A stretch of 64,000 bases of DNA from Candidatus Zhuqueibacterota bacterium (GCA_015491485.1 WFVT01000284.1:243-64242); one strand, 5' to 3'. Numbered from the stretch's first letter, positions 41,221-50,669 are shown. The notes: generated from the letters alone by a model not told the origin. Program-made: numbers and translations.

Positions 41221-41967
41221 CTAAAGCTGCTGCTGAATCATCTCGCGCAACAGGCGGGCGTTTTGCACGGCAAATCCGGCGATATCGTTGTTGAAATAGG
41301 CAAACACATCGAAACCGCTGCGCAGCCACTGCACGGATTTGCGCGCAAACGGACGCAGCATCTCCTCGGTATAATTGCCCTGGTAAAGCCCGTCACGGCC
41401 GTGAAATCGCAGATAAATCCAGTCCGCCGTGACGCGGTCCAGTTCGGGAAACCCGTTACCGGAATCCGCCATGCACAGGGCGATGTTGAATTCGCGGTAC
41501 AGCTCAAGGCACGGCGCGGCGAACCAGCTTTCATGCCGCGGCTCAACGGCGAATCGTTGGTTCGGCAGCCGCCGGGTGATGAGCTCAAAAAACGCGTGCG
41601 CGGTTTCGGCATGGAACGGCAGGTTGGGCGGGAGTTGAATCAAAATCGGGCCGGTTTTTTCGCGCAGCGGCGCCATGCGCTCGAGAAATTTTTCCAGAGC
41701 GTCTTCCACATGGCGGAGTTTTTTCTGGTGCGTAATGAACCGGCTGAGCTTCATGGCAAATATAAATCCCTCGGGAACGGTGGAGTACCATTTGTGCACC
41801 GTGGTTTCTTGCGGCAGGTGATAGAAGGTGTTGTTGATTTCCACCGTGTCGAAATGCCGGGAGTAATAAGCCAGCCACTGTTGCGGTTGGAGCTGCTTTG
41901 GATAAAAGACCTCAAGCCAGTGTTTGTAACTCCAGCCGGAGGTCCCGACTCGCAATTCGCCGCTCAT
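41221..41967 (-). CDS. DUF72-family protein (YecE-like)
   Basis: LRVGTSGWSYKHWLEVFYP...FDTVEINNTFYHLP is the characteristic DUF72 N-terminus. Confidence 0.85.
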   Translation of the reverse strand: MSGELRVGTSGWSYKHWLEVFYPKQLQPQQWLAYYSRHFDTVEINNTFYHLPQETTVHKWYSTVPEGFIFAMKLSRFITHQKKLRHVEDALEKFLERMAPLREKTGPILIQLPPNLPFHAETAHAFFELITRRLPNQRFAVEPRHESWFAAPCLELYREFNIALCMADSGNGFPELDRVTADWIYLRFHGRDGLYQGNYTEEMLRPFARKSVQWLRSGFDVFAYFNNDIAGFAVQNARLLREMIQQQL

Positions 41968-42269
41968 GGCACCATCCCATGTGCTTGTTTCCCCGAAAGC
42001 AGTGCCTTCGATTGCCGATGGGACGTGGGCAAATCAGGTTCCCCGGGCTGTGAAGGAAACCGCCGTTTCCGCGTCATGTCCGCTTGCTCGCATCGAGGAT
42101 GAAGAAAACCGTATGCATGAACTCACGGAAAGAGCGTCCGGCAAGGATGCGGGTGCCGCCGGAGCAAGTTCACCAATAGCTGAGAGTGTGCGAATGCAGA
42201 TGCCATCACGCAACATCATGCGAGCGCGATTGACATTCTTTCCGGATGTTTGTATATTAATAAAATTCA

Positions 42270-42797
42270 GTGCTGAACGCAAATGAGAAACGCAGCAATA
42301 GCGGAGAATGCTCAGGCATGTTCTGGCGACGCAATTCCTCTGCCGGCAGCTTCGAGGCCGGAGAAAATGATGAAACGGTCGATTTGTTATTCGTATATGG
42401 CACCCTGATGCGGGGTGGCGTCAATGAACGGTTTTTGGCGTCGCCGGAGCGCGCCCGGTTTGTGGAAGAGGCGCGCGTGCGAGGTCAGCTCTACGATATC
42501 GGTGAGTTTCCGGCGCTGGTGACGGACGTGGGACCGGAGGCGGAGGAAAGCTGGGTTTACGGGGAAATTTACGCCCTGGAGGATGCCGATATTCTGCTCA
42601 GAACCCTGGATGTGATCGAGGGCGTCAATGAAGCCTATCCGGAGCGCAGTCTGTTCCGGCGCGAGCGTTTGAAAGCATTCAGCGCCAGCGGCGAGAAGAT
42701 GGTCTGGGCTTACATCTATAATCAGCCGCTGCACCATTTTCCTCGCATTCCATCGGGCAATTATCGGGAGTATTTGAAATCGCGGCAAACCGCCTGA
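42270..42797 (+). CDS. Gamma-glutamylcyclotransferase (AIG2/GGCT-like) family protein
   Basis: LFVYGTLMRGG, GQLYDIGEFPALV and VYGEIYAL. Start uncertain (42270 or ATG 42318). Confidence 0.7.
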   Translation: MLNANEKRSNSGECSGMFWRRNSSAGSFEAGENDETVDLLFVYGTLMRGGVNERFLASPERARFVEEARVRGQLYDIGEFPALVTDVGPEAEESWVYGEIYALEDADILLRTLDVIEGVNEAYPERSLFRRERLKAFSASGEKMVWAYIYNQPLHHFPRIPSGNYREYLKSRQTA

Positions 42798-42980
42798 TCG
42801 GCGGCGAAATAGGTTGCGCACATCGGCGGTTGCAAGACAAACCGCACCTATCGGCGAAATCAGGGGCCGTTACATAGAATGACTTCCCCGGAATGAGACG
42901 CCTGTTTTGGGGGTTGCCTGAAAAATGACGCCGGCAGTTGAACGTTATATTCATATCAGGACAAGGTCGAAGGAGGACGC

Positions 42981-44207
42981 ATGATTATCCGCCGTAGTTT
43001 CTGGCTGGCAGCCATCCTGTTGCTGGTGATCGGCAATGATCCCGCCAAAGCACAATTTGAATTTGAGAAAATCAAACCCCGTTTTGCGTTTCAGCCCGAA
43101 CGGGTAACGACTTTTTATTCCAACTCACGTTACAATCGCATCGAAGGCCTGTATTTGAATCTCGGTGTGCGCGTGCAGCCGCGCAAAGCACCAAGCTGGC
43201 AATTTTTTGCCGATGCGGGATACGGCTTCAAAAACGAAAAAGGCAAACGCTGGCGATATAACATCGGGCTGCAAAAGGAACTGATCAGTCCCAATCTGTT
43301 TACGGTGGGCTTTCGTTATTTCAATGACCTGTACACCCTGGATCGCTGGGTGATCAATATGACCGAAAACAGCGTCGCGGCTCTGTTCAGCCACAGCGAT
43401 TTCATGGATTATGTCGGTCGGAAGGGCTGGCGGCTGTTTTTGGATTATAAATGGAAACAGTTGCACACTTTGCGGGCTGAATGGCTGCGGTATGAATATG
43501 AGCCGCTCAGTGTGGCGCCAAATACGGAATGGAGCTTATTTGCACGCAAAAAGCGGTTTCCGAACAATCCGCATCCGGCGCCGGTATATGTCTTTATGCC
43601 CGGCAGCGAAACCGCGCTGCGGCTCATGGCCGCTTTCGATTTCCGCGATAATCCCATCTTTCCGCTGATCGGCTGGTATTTCGAAGGGATTTTCGAGAAA
43701 ACCACCGGCGATTTTTCCACCACTGGCTTGTTTCTGACCCTCAAACGCTTTCAGCCGACTTTCGGCAATCAGCGGCTTAAAGCCAAGCTGCTGTTTGGGA
43801 CGCGCAGCGGCAGCTTCGCATACCAGCATTTAATGACGCTCGGCGGTATCGGCAATCTGCGTGGATATGATAATAAAGAATTTATCGGTAACCGGTTGCT
43901 TTACGGCACGCTGCAATACAATTTCGGCGGGGATATCCTGCAAAGGATTCCGCTGGAATTCATCCCACTCTGGGAAACCATGACGCTGGGCGTGTTCGTC
44001 GATGCCGGCTACGCCTGGTTCGCCGATGCCACGGATGCCGGTACCGGTCTGTTCCGTCTGGGCGATTTCGAGCTACGGGACATCCGCGCCGATTACGGCA
44101 TTTCGCTGATCTTTACCGAAGGCCTGTTGCGGCTGGATATTGCCCGTCGGGCCGATCGCAGCGGCGCCGCCTGGCAGGTGTATTTTCGCATTCTGGATAA
44201 GTTCTAA
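42981..44207 (+). CDS. Omp85-superfamily-like outer-membrane beta-barrel without a recognisable POTRA domain
   Basis: Signal peptide MIIRRSFWLAAILLLVIGNDPAKAQ, barrel-like alternation, LGGIGNLRGY motif, C-terminal RILDKF. Confidence 0.55.
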   Translation: MIIRRSFWLAAILLLVIGNDPAKAQFEFEKIKPRFAFQPERVTTFYSNSRYNRIEGLYLNLGVRVQPRKAPSWQFFADAGYGFKNEKGKRWRYNIGLQKELISPNLFTVGFRYFNDLYTLDRWVINMTENSVAALFSHSDFMDYVGRKGWRLFLDYKWKQLHTLRAEWLRYEYEPLSVAPNTEWSLFARKKRFPNNPHPAPVYVFMPGSETALRLMAAFDFRDNPIFPLIGWYFEGIFEKTTGDFSTTGLFLTLKRFQPTFGNQRLKAKLLFGTRSGSFAYQHLMTLGGIGNLRGYDNKEFIGNRLLYGTLQYNFGGDILQRIPLEFIPLWETMTLGVFVDAGYAWFADATDAGTGLFRLGDFELRDIRADYGISLIFTEGLLRLDIARRADRSGAAWQVYFRILDKF

Positions 44208-44212
44208 TTTTT

Positions 44213-45607
44213 ATGACGGCCATGAACCCTTGGATCCGACTGGGGTTGTGGGGAGCATTGCTGCTTTGGGCGGCAGCGCCGCATGCCGCCGCTCAAGAAC
44301 AGCAGCGCACGCCAAGCGATCCCGCCCGACAGCGGATTTTTATTGAGCAAATTGTAGTGCTCGGCAACAAAAAGACCCGCACCAGCGTGATTTTGCGGGA
44401 GATGAAAAGCCGCGCCGGTCATTATACGACCCGGGAACAACTGGAATTGGACCGCCGCCGCATCGAGAGCCTGGGGCTTTTCAACCGGGTGGAAATGCAT
44501 CTGCAGCCGCGCGAAAAAGGCTATTTGCTGATCATTGCGGTAAGCGAACAGTGGTATCTTTTCCCATTCCCGATCCTGTTTTTCAACGACCGCGACATCA
44601 GTCTCAAAAAACTCAGTTACGGCCTTGGCGTGATCCATACCAACTTTCGAGGCCGCGCCGAGCTGTTGCAATTCGCAGGCTGGCTTGGTTACAATCCCAC
44701 CTTATCCCTCATATACAACAATCCGTGGATTTTCGGCCGTCGCCAGTTTTTTATCCGCCTTGAGCTACTGATCGCCAACCTGGTGAACAAAACCTATGAT
44801 ATCCTTGATCAGCGCGTCAATGAAAAACGGTTGGGGGTGGGCTGGAGCATCGGCAAGCGACTGACCCTGCATACCTCCGTGAGTGTATCGATGTTTTATC
44901 AACGGGTCCGTTTGCAGCCGGCCGTTCCGGGCCAGACGCTCGATCCGTCCGGACTCGACCGCATTCTGCGGCTCGGTTTCAGTTATGTGCGCGATTACCG
45001 TGATCTGGCGTGGTATCCGACCCGCGGTTCGTATGTGCAGGTGGATTACGTGAAATCCGGATGGCCCGGAGCGAAATATATCGATTATGGTCAATTTAGC
45101 CTGGATGCCCGCAAATACATCCCGTTGGGCGCACAAACCGCGCTGGCATTCCGGTTTGCCGCCGACCTCACCCATGGTAGAGTGCCGATTTACGACCGCC
45201 TGTATTTTGGCTACCGGTGGCGGATCCGTGGCCATTTCAAACGGCGTCTGGAAGGAGAACACCGCATGCTTGTCAGTGCCGGATTGCGGTTTCCGCTGCT
45301 GCCGGTGCGCTATTTTAGCATGGACATGGGGAAAATGAGCGCGTATGGCCAGAATTTGCGGTTCGGCATCAGCGGCGAAATTTTTGCCGATGCCGGTACC
45401 TTGTGGTTTCAAAATCGCACCGACCGCACCGGGATGCCGCTTACCAGTGGACCCTTTGGCCTGCAAACCCGCCCCGGAACCTGGCTTGTCGGCGCCGGCG
45501 TGGGACTGAATTTTCATTTGCCCTATGTCAATATCCTTCGATTGGAAGCCGCCGTAAATCCGCAGCGGCAAACCGAATTGATCGTGGATATTGAGGTGGC
45601 ATTTTAG
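44213..45607 (+). CDS. Omp85/BamA-family protein with a single POTRA-like domain
   Basis: Signal peptide; POTRA-like IFIEQIVVLGNKKTRTSVILREMKSRAGHYTTREQLELDRRRIESLGLFNRVEM; barrel ending IVDIEVAF. Confidence 0.65.
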   Translation: MTAMNPWIRLGLWGALLLWAAAPHAAAQEQQRTPSDPARQRIFIEQIVVLGNKKTRTSVILREMKSRAGHYTTREQLELDRRRIESLGLFNRVEMHLQPREKGYLLIIAVSEQWYLFPFPILFFNDRDISLKKLSYGLGVIHTNFRGRAELLQFAGWLGYNPTLSLIYNNPWIFGRRQFFIRLELLIANLVNKTYDILDQRVNEKRLGVGWSIGKRLTLHTSVSVSMFYQRVRLQPAVPGQTLDPSGLDRILRLGFSYVRDYRDLAWYPTRGSYVQVDYVKSGWPGAKYIDYGQFSLDARKYIPLGAQTALAFRFAADLTHGRVPIYDRLYFGYRWRIRGHFKRRLEGEHRMLVSAGLRFPLLPVRYFSMDMGKMSAYGQNLRFGISGEIFADAGTLWFQNRTDRTGMPLTSGPFGLQTRPGTWLVGAGVGLNFHLPYVNILRLEAAVNPQRQTELIVDIEVAF

Positions 45608-45904
45608 AGCTGGCCGAAAAAGCGGTTGGATCCACGGTCAAAACACATACCGCTAAGCCTTTGAGGGGGCCACAGCGCGGTGGGATGATGGAGGCCGACC
45701 GATTCCTTCCCCGGAATGGTAACATCGCCTCTGAAGGCCGGCGCCGGTGCTCGATGACTGCCGATTGTCCCCCGATTTCACCCCAGAGCCATCCACCGTT
45801 TTTCGAAAGTCGCGAAGCCCGGTAGGGTTCATCAGCCGCCGGGATCCAAGCGAATGAAACGCTGGCGGAAACCGATCCCGGGGGACACGGGCTGCATTTG
45901 CAAA

Positions 45905-45943
45905 TAAAAAAACAGGCTGTTCCGCCGGAGCGAAACAGCCTGT
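45905..45943 (-). terminator. Rho-independent terminator after glnN
   Basis: 10-bp stem ACAGGCTGTT / AACAGCCTGT, 12-nt loop, followed on the minus strand by a run of 7 T. Lies 22 nt after the glnN stop. Confidence 0.7.
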
Positions 45944-45964
45944 GCCAGGCTTCCCTATTTCGCA

Positions 45965-48178
45965 CTACATGATGAACAGCATCTCACGGTATTTGGGCAG
46001 CGGCCAGAACGTATCCGGGATCAGCTCTTCGAGTTCGTCGCTGATTTCGCGGATGCGGTCCATCATCGGACGCACGGTTTCGGCGAAGCGAAAAGCCTTT
46101 TGGGTTTCGTCTCCGAGCGCCTCGACGGTTTCCAACTCGCCGTGGAGCTGTTCGAGCGCCTCCTGAAGTTTCTCAAGGTGTTCCGTAATCGCAATGAGCA
46201 GCTTTGCCTGATGATCGGTTTGCCCTGCCTTACCCACGATGTTTTTCAAGTCGTGTAATCCGCGCACATTTTGGATGAGTCGGTTCTGATATTCAAGCGC
46301 CGCCGGAATCACCATGGTCTGACAGAGATTGGTGAGGGTCTGCACCTCGATGGTGAGCGTTTTGCAGAACTGCTCGATTTTGGTGTTATAGCGTGATTCG
46401 ATTTCGCTTTCGGAATAAACACCGAGGCGGGTCAACATGGCGATGTTTTCCTTTTTACGAAATGCCTGCAATGCTGCCGGGGTGTGCGGCAGATTGGGCA
46501 AACCACGTCGGGCCGCTTCCTGTTTCCATTCCTCGGAATAGTTGTTGCCTTCAAAGCGAATCGGTTTGGTTTCTTTAATTTGCGCCCGAAGCACTTCGAA
46601 GGTGGCCGTGCGCAGGTCTTTGCCCGACTGCATCCGGTTTTGAATTTCATCATGAATGAAATTCAGCGAGTCGGCCACCGCCGCATTGATGATCGTGGCC
46701 GGCAGCGAAATGCTGGCCGAAGATCCCACCGCCCGGAATTCGAACTTATTGCCGGTGAAGGCAAAGGGCGAGGTACGGTTGCGGTCGGTGTTGTCCTGCA
46801 GAATTTTGGGCAGATTGGAAATACCCAGATCCAAAATCTTCTGTTCGCTCACGGGCTCATCACTGCCGGATTCAATGCTGTCGAGGATTTTGCTGATGGT
46901 CGCCCCGAGAAACACCGACATGATTGCCGGTGGCGCTTCGTTGGCGCCGAGCCGGTGGTCGTTACCGGCCGAGGCGATGGAAGCCCGCAGGATATCCGCA
47001 TAGCGGTGAACGGCGCGCAGCACCGAAACCAAAAACACCAGAAATTGCAGGTTTTCTTTGGGGGTCTGGCCCGGATCCAGCAAATTGTGGTTCTGATCAT
47101 CCATGATCGACCAGTTCACGTGCTTGCCGCTGCCGTTGACGCCCTGAAACGGCTTTTCATGCAGCAGGAGCGCCAGGCCGTGCCGCGCGGCGACTTTCTT
47201 CAGAATTTCCATCACCAGTTGATTGCGGTCGGCGGCCACATTGGCCTCGGCATGAATCTGGGCGATCTCATACTGATGCGGCGCCACCTCGTTGTGGCGG
47301 GTTTTGGCCGGGACCCCCAGTTTGTACAACTCCACCTCGGCATCCTGCATGAACGCCAGCACCCGCTCTTTGATGCTGCCGAAGTAATGATCCTCCATTT
47401 CCTGCCCCTTTGGCGGTCGCGCGCCGATCAGCGTGCGGTTGGCGAGAATCAGGTCCGGGCGGCGGTTGTAATAGTCCAGATCGATCAGAAAGTATTCCTG
47501 TTCGGGGCCGAGAGTACTGATGACGCGTTCGGCATGGTGACCGAACAGCTCCAAAACTTTGCGAGCCGCCTGATCCAGCACCTGCATCGAACGGAGCAAC
47601 GGAGTTTTCTTGTCCAGCGCCTCGCCGTTGTAAGAAATAAAAACCGAGGGAATGCAGAGAATGCCGCCGCGCGGTCCTTCCAGGATGAACGCCGGACTGG
47701 ACGGATCCCACATGGTGTAGCCGCGCGCCTCGAAGGTGGTGCGCATGCCGCCGCTGGGGAAGCTGGAGGCATCGGGCTCGCCTTGAATCAGTTGATCGCC
47801 GCTGAACCGCTCGATGATCTGGCCGTCGGCGTCGATGCTCAAAAACGCATCGTGTTTTTCGGCGGTGAGCCCGGTCATGGGTTGAAACCAGTGGGTAAAA
47901 TGGGTCACGTTGTTTTCCAGCGCCCACTCTTTCATGGCATGCGCCACCGTATCGGCAAGGTCCCGATCCAGCTTTTTGCCCTTGCGGATGATCTCTACCA
48001 ATCGTTTGTAAGCCTCCTTGGGCAGTTTTTCGCGCATGACCCGGTCGTTAAACGTGTTCTTCCCGAAATAGTCCACGGCCCGCTGCGGATGAGAACCGTT
48101 GCCGGACAAAACCGCAGAAGCCGGACGGGCATAACTCGGGATTTGGACGTTGGTCGGATCAACAGATTTTACAGCCAT
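45965..48178 (-). CDS. glnN: Glutamine synthetase type III
   Basis: About 738 aa from ATG 48178 (AGGAGA upstream). N-terminus FGKNTFNDRVMREKLPKEAYKRL...NVTHFTHWFQPMTGLTAEKHDAF is typical of GlnN; NGSGKHVNWS lies in the catalytic region. Confidence 0.9.
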   Translation of the reverse strand: MAVKSVDPTNVQIPSYARPASAVLSGNGSHPQRAVDYFGKNTFNDRVMREKLPKEAYKRLVEIIRKGKKLDRDLADTVAHAMKEWALENNVTHFTHWFQPMTGLTAEKHDAFLSIDADGQIIERFSGDQLIQGEPDASSFPSGGMRTTFEARGYTMWDPSSPAFILEGPRGGILCIPSVFISYNGEALDKKTPLLRSMQVLDQAARKVLELFGHHAERVISTLGPEQEYFLIDLDYYNRRPDLILANRTLIGARPPKGQEMEDHYFGSIKERVLAFMQDAEVELYKLGVPAKTRHNEVAPHQYEIAQIHAEANVAADRNQLVMEILKKVAARHGLALLLHEKPFQGVNGSGKHVNWSIMDDQNHNLLDPGQTPKENLQFLVFLVSVLRAVHRYADILRASIASAGNDHRLGANEAPPAIMSVFLGATISKILDSIESGSDEPVSEQKILDLGISNLPKILQDNTDRNRTSPFAFTGNKFEFRAVGSSASISLPATIINAAVADSLNFIHDEIQNRMQSGKDLRTATFEVLRAQIKETKPIRFEGNNYSEEWKQEAARRGLPNLPHTPAALQAFRKKENIAMLTRLGVYSESEIESRYNTKIEQFCKTLTIEVQTLTNLCQTMVIPAALEYQNRLIQNVRGLHDLKNIVGKAGQTDHQAKLLIAITEHLEKLQEALEQLHGELETVEALGDETQKAFRFAETVRPMMDRIREISDELEELIPDTFWPLPKYREMLFIM

Positions 48179-48982
48179 ATCTATTCTCCTTACCCGGTGA
48201 GTTGGTGATATGAGATGAGTTTTTATCAAATAAAGCGTTGTGTTTGCAATGGGACCTTTTTTCCAGCCAACGACGACGGCTGATCGGTTCATGGACGGCC
48301 GGATGGCCAAAAACGATGTGCCGCGCTTGAAGCCCGCCCTTTCGGCAAAACAGGGCCGACGGGCGACATCACACGCGCCGTTGTCTGGAAGAAACGAAAT
48401 TTGGGTGCCGCCCAACCGGCGGCGTTTGCGCGCCGGAAAACACCGGCTTTCCCGTTTCGCCGCATCCCTTTCGCAAACGGGGTCGTGGATGTTGAGCCGG
48501 TCAGAATATGGCCCGGCGGCGCTGATCGGGGATCATCGTGCCAGAGCTGCAGTCCGCGATCCAGGCTGCAGGGGATTCGGCTTTAAAATCGCGGCGTCCC
48601 GGACGTCGCCTGGGTACCGGCATGGTCATGGTTGTGGCTCGAAGGAGATAGCCGCCGGTGCTCCTGGCAAAACCATGCTATACGACGCCCTGACAGACTT
48701 TTGCGATGAAATGCATTGAAATCGCAACGAATTGTTGTATATTTGCTTAATTCCACCACAGGAAAGTCGAACATCGACGCCGAACGAGCATGCAGTCGGA
48801 ATGAGGAACCGGAAACCAAAAACCGCAACAATGACTATGGATGTCTTTCACATTCGGTTGTTGAATGGCATCCCCCTGGTGAAAATCGTCATTCACCTAC
48901 CAAAAACCGTATAAAATTAAATTCAATTATCGCTTAAATATTGGAAAAAATCCAGTACTTTTTTGGCTTTTTTCAAAAAATT

Positions 48983-49744
48983 ATGGCGCGAAAAGAATTT
49001 TTTTATGCTCCACCACAGCACATCGTTTATAAACAGAACCGTCCGATTTCGTTTCGACTACAGGGAGAGGAATACCGGCATCTGAGACGGGTGTTGCGCC
49101 ATCAGATCGGTGACACGATATGGGCGGTGGACGGACAGGGCATGGCCCTGTTCGGTGAAATCATGCGCATGGACGAGACCGCGGCCGAGGTGAAAGTGCT
49201 GCAAGTGCAGCCGCAACTGGGCGAACCGGCATTTCAGTTGACTCTGGCCGTGGGGTTGCCCAAACTGCCGCGGTTTGAACTGGTGGTTGAAAAAGGCACG
49301 GAGCTCGGCGTGCATGCCTTCCAACCGGTCATCAGCCGGTACAGCGTGGTGAAACCTTCCGCATCCAAAGCGGAACGGTGGCAGCGTATCGCGGTGGCGG
49401 CGATGAAGCAGTGCGGCCGCAGCCGGCTGCCGGATGTTCTGGCGCCGGTCGGGTTCGGTGAGCTGATGGCGATGAGCGCGGAATTCGATTACCGCTGGAT
49501 CGCCCATGCACCGGCGCCGCGGGACGCGGTTTTGTGGGACGGCCGCGGCGAAGCCGGGGATGCCCCGGAAAGGGGACGCGGTGTATTGCTGATCGGGCCG
49601 GAGGGGGGCTTTTCGGATGAGGAGCTGCAGCAAGCTGTAGAGCACGGCTTCGCATTCATGGGCCTCGGGCCACGGCGGCTGCGCACCGAAACCGCCTCGA
49701 TTGTAGCCGCCACGCTTCTGCTGCGCCGGTGGGGCGCGCTGTGA
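48983..49744 (+). CDS. rsmE: 16S rRNA (uracil1498-N3)-methyltransferase
   Basis: PUA-like N-terminus (FFYAPP...LQGEEYRHLRRVLR) and SPOUT C-terminus LIGPEGGFSDEELQ. Start placed at ATG 48983. Confidence 0.8.
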   Translation: MARKEFFYAPPQHIVYKQNRPISFRLQGEEYRHLRRVLRHQIGDTIWAVDGQGMALFGEIMRMDETAAEVKVLQVQPQLGEPAFQLTLAVGLPKLPRFELVVEKGTELGVHAFQPVISRYSVVKPSASKAERWQRIAVAAMKQCGRSRLPDVLAPVGFGELMAMSAEFDYRWIAHAPAPRDAVLWDGRGEAGDAPERGRGVLLIGPEGGFSDEELQQAVEHGFAFMGLGPRRLRTETASIVAATLLLRRWGAL

Positions 49745-49901
49745 TTTTGGCGACTCGTCTGGAAGTGGTTTTTTGATCGCCAGAGAAAAGCATCCCGGAG
49801 CCGGCAAAACATGTTTTGCAGTCGCTCCATCCAGACTTGCACATTCCACGGTTTCCGTGTATTTTTAAACATCTTTAAACAAGCTAACAGGAGGCAGGAT
49901 C

Positions 49902-50246
49902 ATGGCCGATTGCATTTTCTGTAGCATCATCTCCGGTGACATGAAGGGCGATATCGTCTTCGAAAACGACACGGTGGTTGCGTTTCGGGACATCAATCCG
50001 CAGGCGCCGGTGCACATCCTGGTTGTGCCTCGCAAGCATATCGCCACTTTGAACGATCTGACCCCGGAGGATGCCAGCATCATTTCCGAAACGGTATTGG
50101 CGGCGAAAAAATTAGCCGCGGATGAAGGCGTGGCCGAAGACGGCTACCGGTTGGTCTGGAATTGCAATCGCGGTGCTGGGCAGACGGTGTTTCACATTCA
50201 TCTGCATCTGCTTGGCGGCCGCACGTTCGGCTGGCCCCCGGGCTAA
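49902..50246 (+). CDS. HIT-family (histidine triad) nucleotide-binding protein
   Basis: CIFCSII, APVHILVVPRKH and the histidine triad HIHLHLLGG. Confidence 0.9.
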   Translation: MADCIFCSIISGDMKGDIVFENDTVVAFRDINPQAPVHILVVPRKHIATLNDLTPEDASIISETVLAAKKLAADEGVAEDGYRLVWNCNRGAGQTVFHIHLHLLGGRTFGWPPG

Positions 50247-50568
50247 AAACCCGGGGCGGCGAATGGCCGGTCTTGCAAAGCCCGCGGAGTGTGCAGAAGA
50301 GTTATCTGAAAGCATGAGCATTGTGGCCCGGTATCCCCGCGGGAGCCCGTTGGTACGGCATGGGTTCAGCCCGATGCCCGTTTGCGGTATTTTTTGTCCC
50401 CCTCCGCGAGAGATGTTTAAAATGAAGGCTCGCAGGGAGACAAGTGCTGTGAAGTCACGCTGCTTGGTTTCACCGCGTGCCGAAGCACACCGGGCCCGGC
50501 AAACACCGAACCGGCCGGTGGCTGGATGGTTGCCAATGAAAAGCCCTATTTCCTTGCAAAAAAAGAAC

Positions 50569-50597
50569 TTGCGAAACGCTTGCAAGTTTGTTATATT
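50569..50597 (+). promoter_or_regulatory. Sigma-70-like promoter candidate for rpsU
   Basis: TTGCGA, a 17-nt spacer, then TATATT. Ends 72 nt upstream of the rpsU ATG. Confidence 0.4.
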
Positions 50598-50669
50598 CAC
50601 TGCGCTTATACGACCCATTGTGTAGTTCACCATTTCAATTCAGTCTTTTGAAAGGAGGTATTGAAGGTT

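Noticed and set aside
45608-45904. Long spacers screened for RNase P, tmRNA, SRP and glutamine-riboswitch hallmarks (also 48179-48982 and 50247-50669)
   Set aside because: I did not find the conserved strings I know: GGAAAGTCCGGGC / ACAGAACCCGGCTTA for RNase P, a T-arm plus CCACCA end for tmRNA, the GGAA-tetraloop SRP helix 8 core, and the glnA E-loop. A manual scan is not exhaustive.
46484-48208. 574-aa ORF antisense to glnN
   Set aside because: This is a shadow ORF of the glutamine synthetase III gene, with low-complexity R/G/A/H-rich composition and no recognisable domain.
48240-48719. 159-aa ORF in the glnN-rsmE spacer
   Set aside because: It is Arg/Ser/Gly/Ala-rich with no RBS, no motif and no hydrophobic core pattern. 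It was kept only as part of the non-coding-tract finding.
50112-50633. 173-aa (-) and 167-aa (+) ORFs covering the HIT-rpsU spacer
   Set aside because: They are mutually antisense and both Arg/Ala/Pro/Gly-rich without domains, as expected for chance ORFs in GC-rich non-coding DNA.
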